DNA from: a virus
Strand: one strand, 5' to 3'
DNA length: 64,000 nt
Virus record (IMG/VR): IMGVR_UViG_3300028920_000026
Location: 64,001 to 128,000 of that record
A model generated the notes under the pieces. That model saw only the letters and a program-made list of their open reading frames with translations, searched no databases and was not told the DNA's origin. Within the stretch, counting starts at the first letter, position 1; the number at the start of each line of letters is the position of its first letter. A program made the translations under genes and the position numbers. This document shows, one piece after another, positions 17,587-26,093 of the stretch.

Positions 17587-17659
17587 GTCTCCGTAACTCA
17601 GTGGACAGAGTGCCACGCTTCGAACGTGGTGGACGTGGGTTCGAATCCTACCGGGGATG
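17587..17659 (+). tRNA. tRNA-Arg (TCG)
   Basis: Acceptor GTCTCCG/CGGGGAT, D-arm ACTCAGTGGACAGAGT, anticodon stem CCACG/CGTGG loop CTTCGAA, T-arm GTGGGTTCGAATCCTAC. Confidence 0.7.
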
Positions 17660-17801
17660 CGGTTATAACGAAGTAACAGTACCCTCTCACGTTAAGAGAG
17701 GGCATACCCAAGGTGAAAGGTCTCCGGCTATGATTATTTGGGTCCTTGTCCGGTTCGACAGAGGCGCAAGCAGGGGTGTTGAGACCTCTGGCCCAGCAGT
17801 A

Positions 17802-17874
17802 TGGGGCTGTAACTCAATTGGGAGAGTGCCAGCTTTGCAAGCTGGAAGTTGCGGGTTCGAACCCCGCCTGCTCC
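17802..17874 (+). tRNA. tRNA-Ala (TGC)
   Basis: Acceptor GGGGCTG with the G3:U70 Ala identity pair. Anticodon stem CCAGC/GCTGG loop TTTGCAA. T-arm GCGGGTTCGAACCCCGC. Confidence 0.7.
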
Positions 17875-18043
17875 ACTGGTGATGAGTAACTCTCGGATCG
17901 CTGGAACGTCCGGACCTAACGCAAGAGGTCGAATGTGAAAGTCACCAATAATCTCAAGTGTCTGTGGATGACAGGAGGATCTGTTAGTGCTGCAGATACG
18001 ACAAGTAACCTAACAAACGGGCCCGGCGGAGGATGCCGGTGGA

Positions 18044-18067
18044 CTGCACTTCGGTGCAGCGTGTTTT
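18044..18067 (+). terminator. terminator-like hairpin with TTCG tetraloop and T-run
   Basis: CTGCAC-TTCG-GTGCAG followed by CGTGTTTT, located inside the tRNA array just upstream of tRNA-Asp. Confidence 0.4.
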
Positions 18068-18082
18068 GGAGGTGAAAGTGTT

Positions 18083-18154
18083 GGTTCCGTCGTTTAGTGG
18101 TTAGGACATCTCCCTGTCACGGAGAAGACGAGGGTTCGATTCCCTTCGGGACCG
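18083..18154 (+). tRNA. tRNA-Asp (GTC), CCA encoded
   Basis: Acceptor GGTTCCG/CGGGACC, anticodon stem TCTCC/GGAGA loop CTGTCAC, T-arm GAGGGTTCGATTCCCTT, then GCCA. Confidence 0.7.
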
Positions 18155-18197
18155 CCAAGCCTTTTTAGAGGGAGCTCTGTACGAACAAGTTGTTGGC

Positions 18198-18408
18198 AAT
18201 CGAGCAGACCGGGTGATCGCCTGATTCGTCAGGAGGAAAGTCCGGGCACCGTAGAGTAGGACGCCAGATAACGCCTGGGTACAGTGATGTACATCGACGC
18301 AACAGAAAGTAAACCGCCTTCGGGTAGCTGCTTGAACCTATCTGTGAGGATCGGCCTAGATGAATGATCACCCTCGACAGAATCCGGCTTACAGGTCGGC
18401 TCGAAGCC
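18198..18408 (+). ncRNA. rnpB: RNase P RNA, bacterial type A catalytic domain only (no specificity domain), ~205 nt
   Basis: AGGAGGAAAGTCCGGGCACC (CR-I/P4 5' strand), GGACGCCAGATAACGCCTGGG (P15), CAACAGAAAGTAAACCGCC (cf. E. coli CAACAGAGAGCAAACCGCC), GGCCTAGATGAATGA (CR-IV/P4 3' strand), CGACAGAATCCGGCTTACAGGTCGGCTCGA (CR-V plus P1 3' strand). P1 TCGAGCAGACC/GGTCGGCTCGA. P2 GGGTGATC/GATCACCC. P3 CCTGA-TTCG-TCAGG. AAACCGCC is joined to GGTAGCTGCTTGAACC by a TTCG tetraloop where E. coli has the ~150-nt P9-P14 region. Confidence 0.8.
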
Positions 18409-18409
18409 T

Positions 18410-19204
18410 TCACGCCGCCCGCTGCAACCTGCGTCGCCGCCTATTTGCAGAACGTACGATCCTGTCGACCTCATCTGGCTCAAGCTGTGCAAGCTGGGTT
18501 GCAAGGTCCTCTGGTTCCTTCGTTGCAGGAACCTCGGTGGATGTTACTGCTTCCTGTGATGTTGGTTCCTGCGCAGCATCCTGTGCTGCCGCGAGGTCTT
18601 TGTTGATTTGTCCGCCGATCTCACGTAGTTCTTCAGAGATCTGTTCGAGCTGTTCAAAGTTGAGTTTCAACGCGCCACGCGCGACGGAGTCCAACGCGCC
18701 GTTCCATTCTGCATTTGAGAACTCAAATGCATTGATGATAAGGTTTGCGGCGTCCTTTTCTGACATCCTACGTACGGCTTGGTCGCGTATAGACGCATTG
18801 CTCTTTTCGTCGATGGCTGCTGAGAGGTACTGTTGAACGTTTTCAAAGCCAAACTTGAGCTCTTCGAGAAATGTTGCAAACTGCTTCAGTACTCCTCCCT
18901 TGTAGAGCCCGCCAAGCCAGTTACGCATCCTGTTCCTGATTGTCTTCCCGTCGCGGAAGTTTGTTGCCTGCTTGAGGTCCGCTCGCAGCTCGTCAACGAG
19001 TCCTTGAGAGACCTTTTCCATTTCATCCATGTGTGCTGCACCCATGAGTCGCGACACGCGCTCGGCCTTCTTGATCGCGTCGCTGTAGCGTTCTAAGAGG
19101 TCCTTGTTGATGGCCTCGGCGATCAACTGTTCTTCGTGAGTGATACGCTTTACGCCTTCGTTGACGCGGCGCTCGAGTCGTCTAACCTTCAAGCTCGTTG
19201 ACAT
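18410..19204 (-). CDS. hypothetical protein (coiled-coil/alpha-helical)
   Basis: 264-aa minus-strand ORF converging on the RNase P RNA 3' end. Arg-rich C-terminus. Confidence 0.6.
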   Translation of the reverse strand: MSTSLKVRRLERRVNEGVKRITHEEQLIAEAINKDLLERYSDAIKKAERVSRLMGAAHMDEMEKVSQGLVDELRADLKQATNFRDGKTIRNRMRNWLGGLYKGGVLKQFATFLEELKFGFENVQQYLSAAIDEKSNASIRDQAVRRMSEKDAANLIINAFEFSNAEWNGALDSVARGALKLNFEQLEQISEELREIGGQINKDLAAAQDAAQEPTSQEAVTSTEVPATKEPEDLATQLAQLEPDEVDRIVRSANRRRRRLQRAA

Positions 19205-19415
19205 GGCAATGATATCTATTCGATCCCAGGTACAACTTGCACTAGAGGGTTACCTTGAGCATTGTATGAAGGGAGAGTACGTACGCTGGTCCGGGCAGCT
19301 TGCAAAGGTCATAAACGAATGCTATGGTATTGTTGATGTTGTTGTCCTGCGGACAAGACGCGTTTATACATTGTTTGCGTCTGAGCTGGTATGGTTGAAC
19401 GTTAGGAGCGTATGA
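19140..19415 (+). CDS. hypothetical protein
   Basis: 91-aa ORF. Overlaps the 5' end of the minus-strand gene, so uncertain. Confidence 0.3.
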   Translation: MIRFTPSLTRRSSRLTFKLVDMAMISIRSQVQLALEGYLEHCMKGEYVRWSGQLAKVINECYGIVDVVVLRTRRVYTLFASELVWLNVRSV

Positions 19416-19804
19416 CTGTAACGATTTTCATCCTCTTTGTTGTTGTAATCGTTGCTGGAATCACGACGCAGTTCGTCGCGAAGAGCATGAACCTACATCG
19501 TAGGAAGAAGGTCATCGCTGCCGAGCCGCGCTTTCAACAAGTAGATGTCGGAAGGACGACCGTTAGGGTCATAATGTTCGATGATACTACGCACGACCTT
19601 GTCATCCAAGGTAGGGCGATATACGTTGACGACAAGGTCGGTATAATCGTCGAAGACTCGAAAAAAACGTTCTCTCGATGGCGCGAAACAGCGCAGACAG
19701 GGCTTCTACGCATCGAAGGAGACCGTTGGATCGGGTCACACCTCGTCAAGGAAGTTTACTGTGTCAACGAAATTGAACATTTCGTCGATGTCAGGATAGG
19801 GTAA
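19412..19804 (+). CDS. hypothetical membrane protein
   Basis: N-terminal TM helix VTIFILFVVVIVAGITT. 130 aa. Confidence 0.45.
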   Translation: MTVTIFILFVVVIVAGITTQFVAKSMNLHRRKKVIAAEPRFQQVDVGRTTVRVIMFDDTTHDLVIQGRAIYVDDKVGIIVEDSKKTFSRWRETAQTGLLRIEGDRWIGSHLVKEVYCVNEIEHFVDVRIG

Positions 19805-19811
19805 GCGACAC

Positions 19812-20048
19812 ATGGGCGACTTAATTGACCTTACAGAGTACAGGAAGGGTACGTGGGAAGACATCTGGGGTGCTGGTACTGGTGATGTTGCTATCCTGTT
19901 TCAGCACAACAGCAAGACGAACGAAGTCCGCCTCGAGACGAGGAAGAAGGGCAAACCCGTCAATGTGTTGACAGTCGTTCCAGCAAAGGCGATAGGTCTC
20001 ATGATGGTCCTCGAAGAGATCTTTGACAACAAAAATTGTGGTGCTTAA
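19812..20048 (+). CDS. hypothetical protein
   Basis: 78-aa ORF. Confidence 0.4.
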   Translation: MGDLIDLTEYRKGTWEDIWGAGTGDVAILFQHNSKTNEVRLETRKKGKPVNVLTVVPAKAIGLMMVLEEIFDNKNCGA

Positions 20049-20124
20049 AGTGTACACCGACGTAATTAGGAATACATTTTTGTCTATTGTAGACACTCTT
20101 GCGCTCGTCATAGGAACACTGTAA

Positions 20125-20472
20125 ATGGCGAAAAAGAACGCTAGCTACGCAAAATCGAATAGGTCATCTCGTAGGCGCTCGACAACAGTACAGAGATCCA
20201 TGCTCTTTACCATCGACCAGTTAGGTGAGCTGCCGGATGACGATCTCGTCAGACGAGCGGTACAGCTTCGAGCTGACATCGAAAATGTTAGAAGGGATAG
20301 GTGTAGCTCAACACCGTGGGAGATCGAGCTATGCTACGTGCAGCGTGAACTCGACTTGAGAAACAGTCGTAAGGGACGCTTTGGACCTTCTGATGATGAA
20401 GACGGCGATTTCTACCGCGAAGAAAACCTTCCATCCGCAGACCTGGACAACTCATCGTTCACGGATCTGTAA
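20125..20472 (+). CDS. hypothetical protein
   Basis: 115-aa ORF. Basic N-terminus, acidic C-terminus. Confidence 0.45.
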   Translation: MAKKNASYAKSNRSSRRRSTTVQRSMLFTIDQLGELPDDDLVRRAVQLRADIENVRRDRCSSTPWEIELCYVQRELDLRNSRKGRFGPSDDEDGDFYREENLPSADLDNSSFTDL

Positions 20473-20504
20473 ACACTCACAAACCGCGAGGGGATCGGAG
20501 AGAG

Positions 20505-21356
20505 ATGAACCAAGCATCTAACTCGATGCAGGCGTATCTGCAGTCGCTCTACAAATTTCCACGTCTGACCCATAAGGAGTTGTGTGAAGCGTATACGAAC
20601 ATGCACGCTACCACAACAACAGAAGGCGAAAAAGAACGTCTTCGTAACATGATCACCCAGTGCAATCTCAGGCTGGTTGTGAGCGTCGCGAAGACGTACA
20701 ACCACGGGCAGTTCCCGATGTTGGATCTCGTACAGGAAGGCAACATCGGCCTAATGAAGGCAGTTGAGCGCTTCGACCATACGCGTGGCTACCAATTCAG
20801 TACGTTCGCAACGTGGTGGATCCGTCAGGCAATTGGACAGTACGTTCAGAAACACAAACGCACGATCCGCATGCCCTCTCACGCGTTGACCGCCCAGAAG
20901 CGCCTATTACAGGCTACACAGGAGTTTCGCGAGGAGTTTGGAGTTGAGCCGACAGAAGCTGAGGTCTTTGACAGGGTCTCTGAGATTTCAGAGACTGTCA
21001 AGAAGGCAACGATGTTTGCAGGAAGAGGAACGGTCTCGCTTGAGGCACCAGCATACATCGCAGGAAAGTCGAGCAGCAATGGTCCCCATGGTGAGACGAC
21101 GATTGGATCGACCATCGAGGATCACACCCCAGGTTCCGACCCGTTCCTGAACTGTTCAGATGCCGAAATCATCAAGATCGTAAGGGAGGTGATGCATCAC
21201 CTCCCTCCAAAGGAAGCCGCAATCATCCGCCTGCGTTTTGGCCTCGTTGAAGAAAAGACGAACCATGAAAAGTATCCTGTGACGCAGGAAGAGGTCGATG
21301 GCATCTCTAACGGAGTAGGATTAGAGGATGCTAGCGACAATGATAACACTGCTTGA
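20505..21356 (+). CDS. sigma-70 family RNA polymerase sigma factor
   Basis: Region 2 LRLVVSVAKTY...LDLVQEGNIGLMKAVERFD..GYQFSTFATWWIRQAI. Region 4-like AAIIRLRFGL. 283 aa. Confidence 0.85.
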   Translation: MNQASNSMQAYLQSLYKFPRLTHKELCEAYTNMHATTTTEGEKERLRNMITQCNLRLVVSVAKTYNHGQFPMLDLVQEGNIGLMKAVERFDHTRGYQFSTFATWWIRQAIGQYVQKHKRTIRMPSHALTAQKRLLQATQEFREEFGVEPTEAEVFDRVSEISETVKKATMFAGRGTVSLEAPAYIAGKSSSNGPHGETTIGSTIEDHTPGSDPFLNCSDAEIIKIVREVMHHLPPKEAAIIRLRFGLVEEKTNHEKYPVTQEEVDGISNGVGLEDASDNDNTA

Positions 21357-21487
21357 ATTCATTATAGTCATCATCCTACCGTGCTACGTCCTGTACGGTG
21401 TTCTTGAAGGCGTGTCATGGGTTTGGTACAACTACGATTTTCTACCAAGGCTTGAACGACGGCTTCAAGAGATGAAGGGCGAAGACG

Positions 21488-21900
21488 ATGGATAACCTGT
21501 TGATTGTGTTGATCATCGCAGCTGTGTTTGTACCCACCCTGGCGAGCTTGGCTTCCAACTCGCATAGGGTGTTGATCGTGTTGATCATCGCGAGCGTGTT
21601 TGTACCTGTAATTGTCTACTTTGCGATTGACAACGCTCGGAACAAGAAGAAGCCTGCAAAAAAAAAGACAGAACAGCCAAAGCCTTCTGTTGACAAGCCA
21701 AAGCCTTCTGTTGACAAGGATCCAGTACGGCGAAAGGTTGAAGACATGTTCAACATGCTCGATCAATTGAAGCTAGGAGAATTTTCGCGGCAGGGAAAGC
21801 AGGACGTCAAAAGACAACCTCCTATTTCTGCCATATCAATTGCCGCAAAGCGCAAGGCGATAATCGACAATATAAGGCGCAATGAGGGTGACGATGGGAC
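21488..21900 (+). CDS. membrane protein with Lys/Pro-rich tandem-repeat linker (3' end uncertain)
   Basis: Two N-terminal TM helices, then KPSVDKPKPSVDK encoded by a perfect 21-bp tandem duplication. The downstream part of this frame overlaps the next gene and is probably not translated. Confidence 0.4.
21677..21718 (+). repeat. perfect 2 x 21-bp tandem repeat CCAAAGCCTTCTGTTGACAAG
   Basis: Direct duplication inside the 21488 ORF. Confidence 0.8.
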
Positions 21901-22205
21901 AGCAAGGGAAGACGTTCGACGCGGGCTACGCAACGATCAAAGGAGTAAACGACGGGACGAACTACAGGGAGATCGCAGAGCTCATGACGATAATCGGGTT
22001 TCCAATGAACCACTCATCGGCTCGGAACTACGTCGTGAGGGCGATGCAAAAGTTTGCGATCAGGATATGCAACGAGAACGGAATGAACCTGACGGAAGAT
22101 GAATCGCTCCGCATAGCAAGAGATCCTAGGTTTCAGGACGCCATGAGCGAGCTACTCCAGTACGTCGAGGTAGAGCGTCGTTCCGGCAGCGCTATACTTA
22201 CCTAG
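21894..22205 (+). CDS. putative helix-turn-helix DNA-binding protein
   Basis: NYREIAELMTIIGFPMNHSSARNYVVRAMQK resembles a sigma region 4/HTH segment. Start at ATG 21882 or 21894. Confidence 0.4.
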   Translation: MGQQGKTFDAGYATIKGVNDGTNYREIAELMTIIGFPMNHSSARNYVVRAMQKFAIRICNENGMNLTEDESLRIARDPRFQDAMSELLQYVEVERRSGSAILT

Positions 22206-22227
22206 ACGGACCGAGAGGTAACGACAC

Positions 22228-22719
22228 ATGAAGGTTCACATTAAAAGCAGTTCAAGCTTAACGCTGTTGAAGCTACTCAAGCGTCGTAGGATGTCTTTGA
22301 AGCAGTTCCTCGACGAACAGGCCATCACGACGTATGAGGGCCTGAAAAACCGCTGTCGAAACCTTGGTGTCGTTCCTCCTACTGAGTCTGAATACGGTCA
22401 CACGTCTCCTTCAACTGTGACAAACCAAGCAGAGGGATTGATTGTGCTCGATCCGATCCCTGCGAAGAGCGAAAAGTCGGGTAAGGAGCTCGAGGAGGTT
22501 TCACCGCGGCCCGCGTTGGTCGACCTCAGCGGTATCAACGTTGAAGAAGAAAAGCCGCGACGCCGCAGGCACAAGCGAAAGCCAGAGTCTGTCGTAGAAG
22601 AAGAACCTGTCGTGTTTAAGCCTGCGCCTAAGCTGAAACCAGAGGTCGTCGACATGCTAGTGCCAGAGGCGATTGACAGCGTTAAAGAGTTCGATCATCT
22701 GTTTTCAGGTAACAACTGA
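22228..22719 (+). CDS. hypothetical protein
   Basis: 163-aa ORF with basic RRRRHKRK stretch. Confidence 0.45.
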   Translation: MKVHIKSSSSLTLLKLLKRRRMSLKQFLDEQAITTYEGLKNRCRNLGVVPPTESEYGHTSPSTVTNQAEGLIVLDPIPAKSEKSGKELEEVSPRPALVDLSGINVEEEKPRRRRHKRKPESVVEEEPVVFKPAPKLKPEVVDMLVPEAIDSVKEFDHLFSGNN

Positions 22720-22761
22720 TCGTCGAGTGTAGTTCATACACCGACGAGGTAGGATCGGTGT

Positions 22762-24162
22762 ATGAACGATGCAGCAAGCGTGGATATCCTGACGGTCTGT
22801 GACATCTTGGAGAAACTCGAGGGAACCTCGAAGCGTACCGAAAAGGAGACAATACTCTTCGAACACAAAGAAAATGAGCTGCTGCGTGAGGTCTTCCGTG
22901 CGGCTCTGGATCCGTACACTAACTACGGCGTCGTGAAGTTCAAGAAGAACCCTGCGATGTTAACACCGACAGACGTTTTGTTTGAAAAACATTCGTTTGG
23001 AACATCACAGGACATGGAAGATCGCATCTTAGCGGATTTTCTGTTGGATTTGTTGCCCCAACTCGCAACACGAGCCCTTTCGGGAAACGCAGCGAAGTCC
23101 GCCGTAGAAAATGCATTTGCATACATGAATGGCATGCTTCGTAAGTGGTGTGAACGCATCTTAATTCACAAGCTTCGCAACGGCGTTCAAGCAAAGACTG
23201 TTAATAAGATCTGGCCGAAGACGATCTGCCCGTTCGAGGTCCAGCTGGCAAGCGTACTCGAGGCCGTTGCAACCGAGGACGGTGAGGGATTTGTGATCAA
23301 TGATCACGTTTCGTATCCAACGCAGGTCGAACCCAAGCTTGACGGCCTGCGTCTTATTGCGATCAAGCACCTTGGCATTGTCACGTTGTACACACGAAAT
23401 GGAACGGAATTAGAAACACTTCCTAGCTTGATCAAAGCACTCGAAGAGTGTGAACTCGACAACTTCGTCCTTGACGGTGAGGCAATGGGAGACGACTGGA
23501 ATGAATCGGCGTCGATCATCATGTCTCGTTCGCGTATGAAGGACGATGTAAACATCACATACCACGTTTTCGATATCATGTCGTATGACGAGTGGAGGCA
23601 ACGGAAGTGCAACGATCCGCTCGAAAAACGCCGCGAGCGTTTGATCCAGGTCGCGGCGCTTTTTCTTTCGAAGACACCTGTGCGACCGACCGACATCCGC
23701 ATTTGCAGTTCTGACGATGACATCAAGGAGTTTTACTTGAAGTGCCTTGACGAGGGATACGAGGGCGTCATGGTCAAGGACATTTCAAGTGTTTATGCGT
23801 TCAAGCGCAACCTCTCGTGGCGCAAACTCAAGCCTGAAGCAACTTACGAAGGCGTCGTCGTCGGAACATACGACGGAAACAAGGGCTCAAAGCGCGAAGG
23901 AAAGTTCGGAGGTTACAGTGTCTTGCTGCCGAACGGTATTGTGACGAAGGTTGGATCGGGCTTTTCGGACGCCCATAAGGCAGAGATTGATACCGATCGT
24001 AATTCGTGGGTCGGAAAAATCGTCGAGCTCGCCGGTCAACCTCCCCTTACGAAGGACGGGAAGATTCGCTTTCCGCGCCTCAAGCGCTACCGCGATGAGA
24101 GCGACGTGGATCCAAAGGTCATAGAGGCGTACGAAGCGTACATTCCGGAGGACGACGAATGA
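22762..24162 (+). CDS. ATP-dependent DNA ligase
   Basis: Motif I EPKLDGLRLIAI (KxDG), motif III FVLDGEAM, motif IV EGVMVKD, motif V WRKLKP. 466 aa. Confidence 0.85.
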   Translation: MNDAASVDILTVCDILEKLEGTSKRTEKETILFEHKENELLREVFRAALDPYTNYGVVKFKKNPAMLTPTDVLFEKHSFGTSQDMEDRILADFLLDLLPQLATRALSGNAAKSAVENAFAYMNGMLRKWCERILIHKLRNGVQAKTVNKIWPKTICPFEVQLASVLEAVATEDGEGFVINDHVSYPTQVEPKLDGLRLIAIKHLGIVTLYTRNGTELETLPSLIKALEECELDNFVLDGEAMGDDWNESASIIMSRSRMKDDVNITYHVFDIMSYDEWRQRKCNDPLEKRRERLIQVAALFLSKTPVRPTDIRICSSDDDIKEFYLKCLDEGYEGVMVKDISSVYAFKRNLSWRKLKPEATYEGVVVGTYDGNKGSKREGKFGGYSVLLPNGIVTKVGSGFSDAHKAEIDTDRNSWVGKIVELAGQPPLTKDGKIRFPRLKRYRDESDVDPKVIEAYEAYIPEDDE

Positions 24163-24455
24163 ATGTGATCAAGAGGGGCGTAAAGCCCAAAGACGCGTGG
24201 AAGCTTCGCTGCAGGTGTGGAAGCTGTGGTTCTGAACTTGAGGTTGTTTTCGAGGACATCTTCAAGAATAAGGCTGACATCTTTAAGAATGATGCTCCCG
24301 ACCAACGTGATTACTGCTGGTGCCACTACAAGTACGCATGCGGGTTTTGTGGTGTTCACAATATTATCTCAAACCAGGTACCAGACGATCTAAAAAGGCT
24401 CGTAATGCGGTCGAAACCTCCAAGGTACACGAGCTTGCAACCCACTGAAACGTGA
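24159..24455 (+). CDS. Cys-rich zinc-ribbon protein
   Basis: CRCGSCGS ... CWCHYKYACGFCG Cys clusters. ATGA overlap with ligase stop. Confidence 0.45.
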   Translation: MNVIKRGVKPKDAWKLRCRCGSCGSELEVVFEDIFKNKADIFKNDAPDQRDYCWCHYKYACGFCGVHNIISNQVPDDLKRLVMRSKPPRYTSLQPTET

Positions 24456-24467
24456 TCTACATCAGCG

Positions 24468-26093
24468 ATGGGTACGAGATACGAAGGAAAGACCATGGCA
24501 AGTAAAAGGAAGAAGAAACTTTCGCCTGAGGAACTTCGCAAGGCCGAAGAACGCCGAAAGGCAGGAGACGAGTTCGAACTCTCTCCACACCTGCTGGCGT
24601 TCCTTTCGGAGAGTCCGTTCTACGCCGAGATCTCACGACGTATTCACAAGCGTCGTACACGATCGATCCCAACACTCGCTGTGATGTGGAACCGCGAGCT
24701 AGACACGCTTGAACTCATCTACAACCAAGACTTTTTGGCTCCCCTCTCCCCACAGGAGATCAGGGGTTGCCTGATGCATGAGTACTTACACCTCATCTTC
24801 GGTCATCTCGCCGCTCGTCGGCGGGAACCTCCGCGGATGTGGAACATTGCGACGGACCTTGCAATCAATTCGCTGATCTACAAACAGAACGGCGCTGCAA
24901 GCTGGAGCAAAACGAACAAGCCGCTTCCACGATGTGGCCTTGTCCCTGGGCAGCCCGTCTGGCTGGACGATGAGGGCCGTACGATGACCTCGGATGAGAA
25001 GGCAGCACGGCCGTTGGCTGCTCTCATCGAGAGCATGAAGCCTGAGCTTGCGTCAGAGAACTACTTTAATCAGCTGATGGCTGAGGCCGAGAAACACAAG
25101 AAGGAGCAGTGTCCGATGTGTGGTGGCTCTGGCATCGTCTCGCCAGCAGACAAGCCCGGAGATGATGAGGACGACGATGACGGTGAAGGTTCCAAGGAGA
25201 GCCAGCAGGGTGACGAGGCGGAGTCGAGCGAGAGCAAAGGCGAAACGAGTGACGAAGGCCAGGACGAGGACGATGGGAACGGAAGCAGTGGTCATCAGCA
25301 CTCCGACGATGGGTTGCCCTGCCCGTGTTGTGGGGGACAAGGAAAAACGCCTGGTGGCGGAAGCGACATCGATTCGTTCGATGATCATTCCTTTTGGGAC
25401 GCAGTCACTGAGGACGTGCGTGACTACGTTGAGGCTCGCGTCAGAGACGTCATCGAGGGTGCCGTCAACGTTGCCGACCAGCAGCAGAACGGGTGGGGCA
25501 GCATTCCCGCAGAGATGCAGGCCGCGATTCGCAAGTCGATCTCACGCATCATCCCATGGCGCACTGTGCTACGGCAGTTCGTCGGAACTCTCCTCCCAGG
25601 TGATCGCGCAACGAGCATCAAGCGGATTAATCGTCGCTATCCATACGTTCATCCGGGCGTCAAGCGCGGCCGCACCGTAAAGCTCCTCGTCGCGATCGAC
25701 CAGTCTGGATCGGTTAACGATGAGATGCTTGCAATCTTCTTTGCGGAACTGGCGAGTCTCACTCGGCACACGGAAATCGACGTGCTACCGTTCGACTTCA
25801 GCGCTTCTCATGAGAGCATCTACAAGTGGCGCAAGAATCAGCCTCCTCCCAAGGGACGTGTATGCTGCGGTGGTACGAACTTCGATGCAGTAACCGAGGT
25901 TGTGAACGATCCACGGAATCGCGGCCGGTGGGACGGCGTCCTCATCGCGACGGACGGTGAGTGTGGCAAGCCAGGCGATACGCGCATCAAGCGCGGTTGG
26001 GTCATTGCGCAGGATCACAAGCTGTACTTCGACACCAACGAACTCCAGGTCTTCGTTAGCAAGGAGAGGCCGATGAAGGGGGCATGGCGATGA
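24468..26093 (+). CDS. DUF2201-type protein: N-terminal HExxH metallopeptidase-like domain plus C-terminal VWA domain
   Basis: MHEYLHLIFGH (HExxH). CPMCGGSG and CPCCGGQG zinc-ribbon pairs flanking a highly acidic linker. VAIDQSGSV MIDAS-like DxSxS with downstream VWA-like segment. Confidence 0.7.
   Translation: MGTRYEGKTMASKRKKKLSPEELRKAEERRKAGDEFELSPHLLAFLSESPFYAEISRRIHKRRTRSIPTLAVMWNRELDTLELIYNQDFLAPLSPQEIRGCLMHEYLHLIFGHLAARRREPPRMWNIATDLAINSLIYKQNGAASWSKTNKPLPRCGLVPGQPVWLDDEGRTMTSDEKAARPLAALIESMKPELASENYFNQLMAEAEKHKKEQCPMCGGSGIVSPADKPGDDEDDDDGEGSKESQQGDEAESSESKGETSDEGQDEDDGNGSSGHQHSDDGLPCPCCGGQGKTPGGGSDIDSFDDHSFWDAVTEDVRDYVEARVRDVIEGAVNVADQQQNGWGSIPAEMQAAIRKSISRIIPWRTVLRQFVGTLLPGDRATSIKRINRRYPYVHPGVKRGRTVKLLVAIDQSGSVNDEMLAIFFAELASLTRHTEIDVLPFDFSASHESIYKWRKNQPPPKGRVCCGGTNFDAVTEVVNDPRNRGRWDGVLIATDGECGKPGDTRIKRGWVIAQDHKLYFDTNELQVFVSKERPMKGAWR

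Noticed and set aside
17293-17882. ORFs 17293-17526 (+) and 17562-17882 (+) of 77-106 aa
   Set aside because: They lie entirely across back-to-back tRNA genes (Lys, Met, Arg, Ala). The translations are low-complexity Arg/Ser/Cys-rich and have no RBS, so they are taken as spurious.
18165-18836. ORFs 18165-18413 (-), 18229-18504 (-), 18360-18836 (+)
   Set aside because: They overlap the RNase P RNA and the well-supported minus-strand gene 18410-19204. The RNA-gene interpretation explains the sequence conservation far better.
21371-21766. Minus-strand ORF 21371-21766 (131 aa)
   Set aside because: It is antisense to the better-supported + strand membrane and repeat gene and has very low-complexity Leu/Arg-rich translation.
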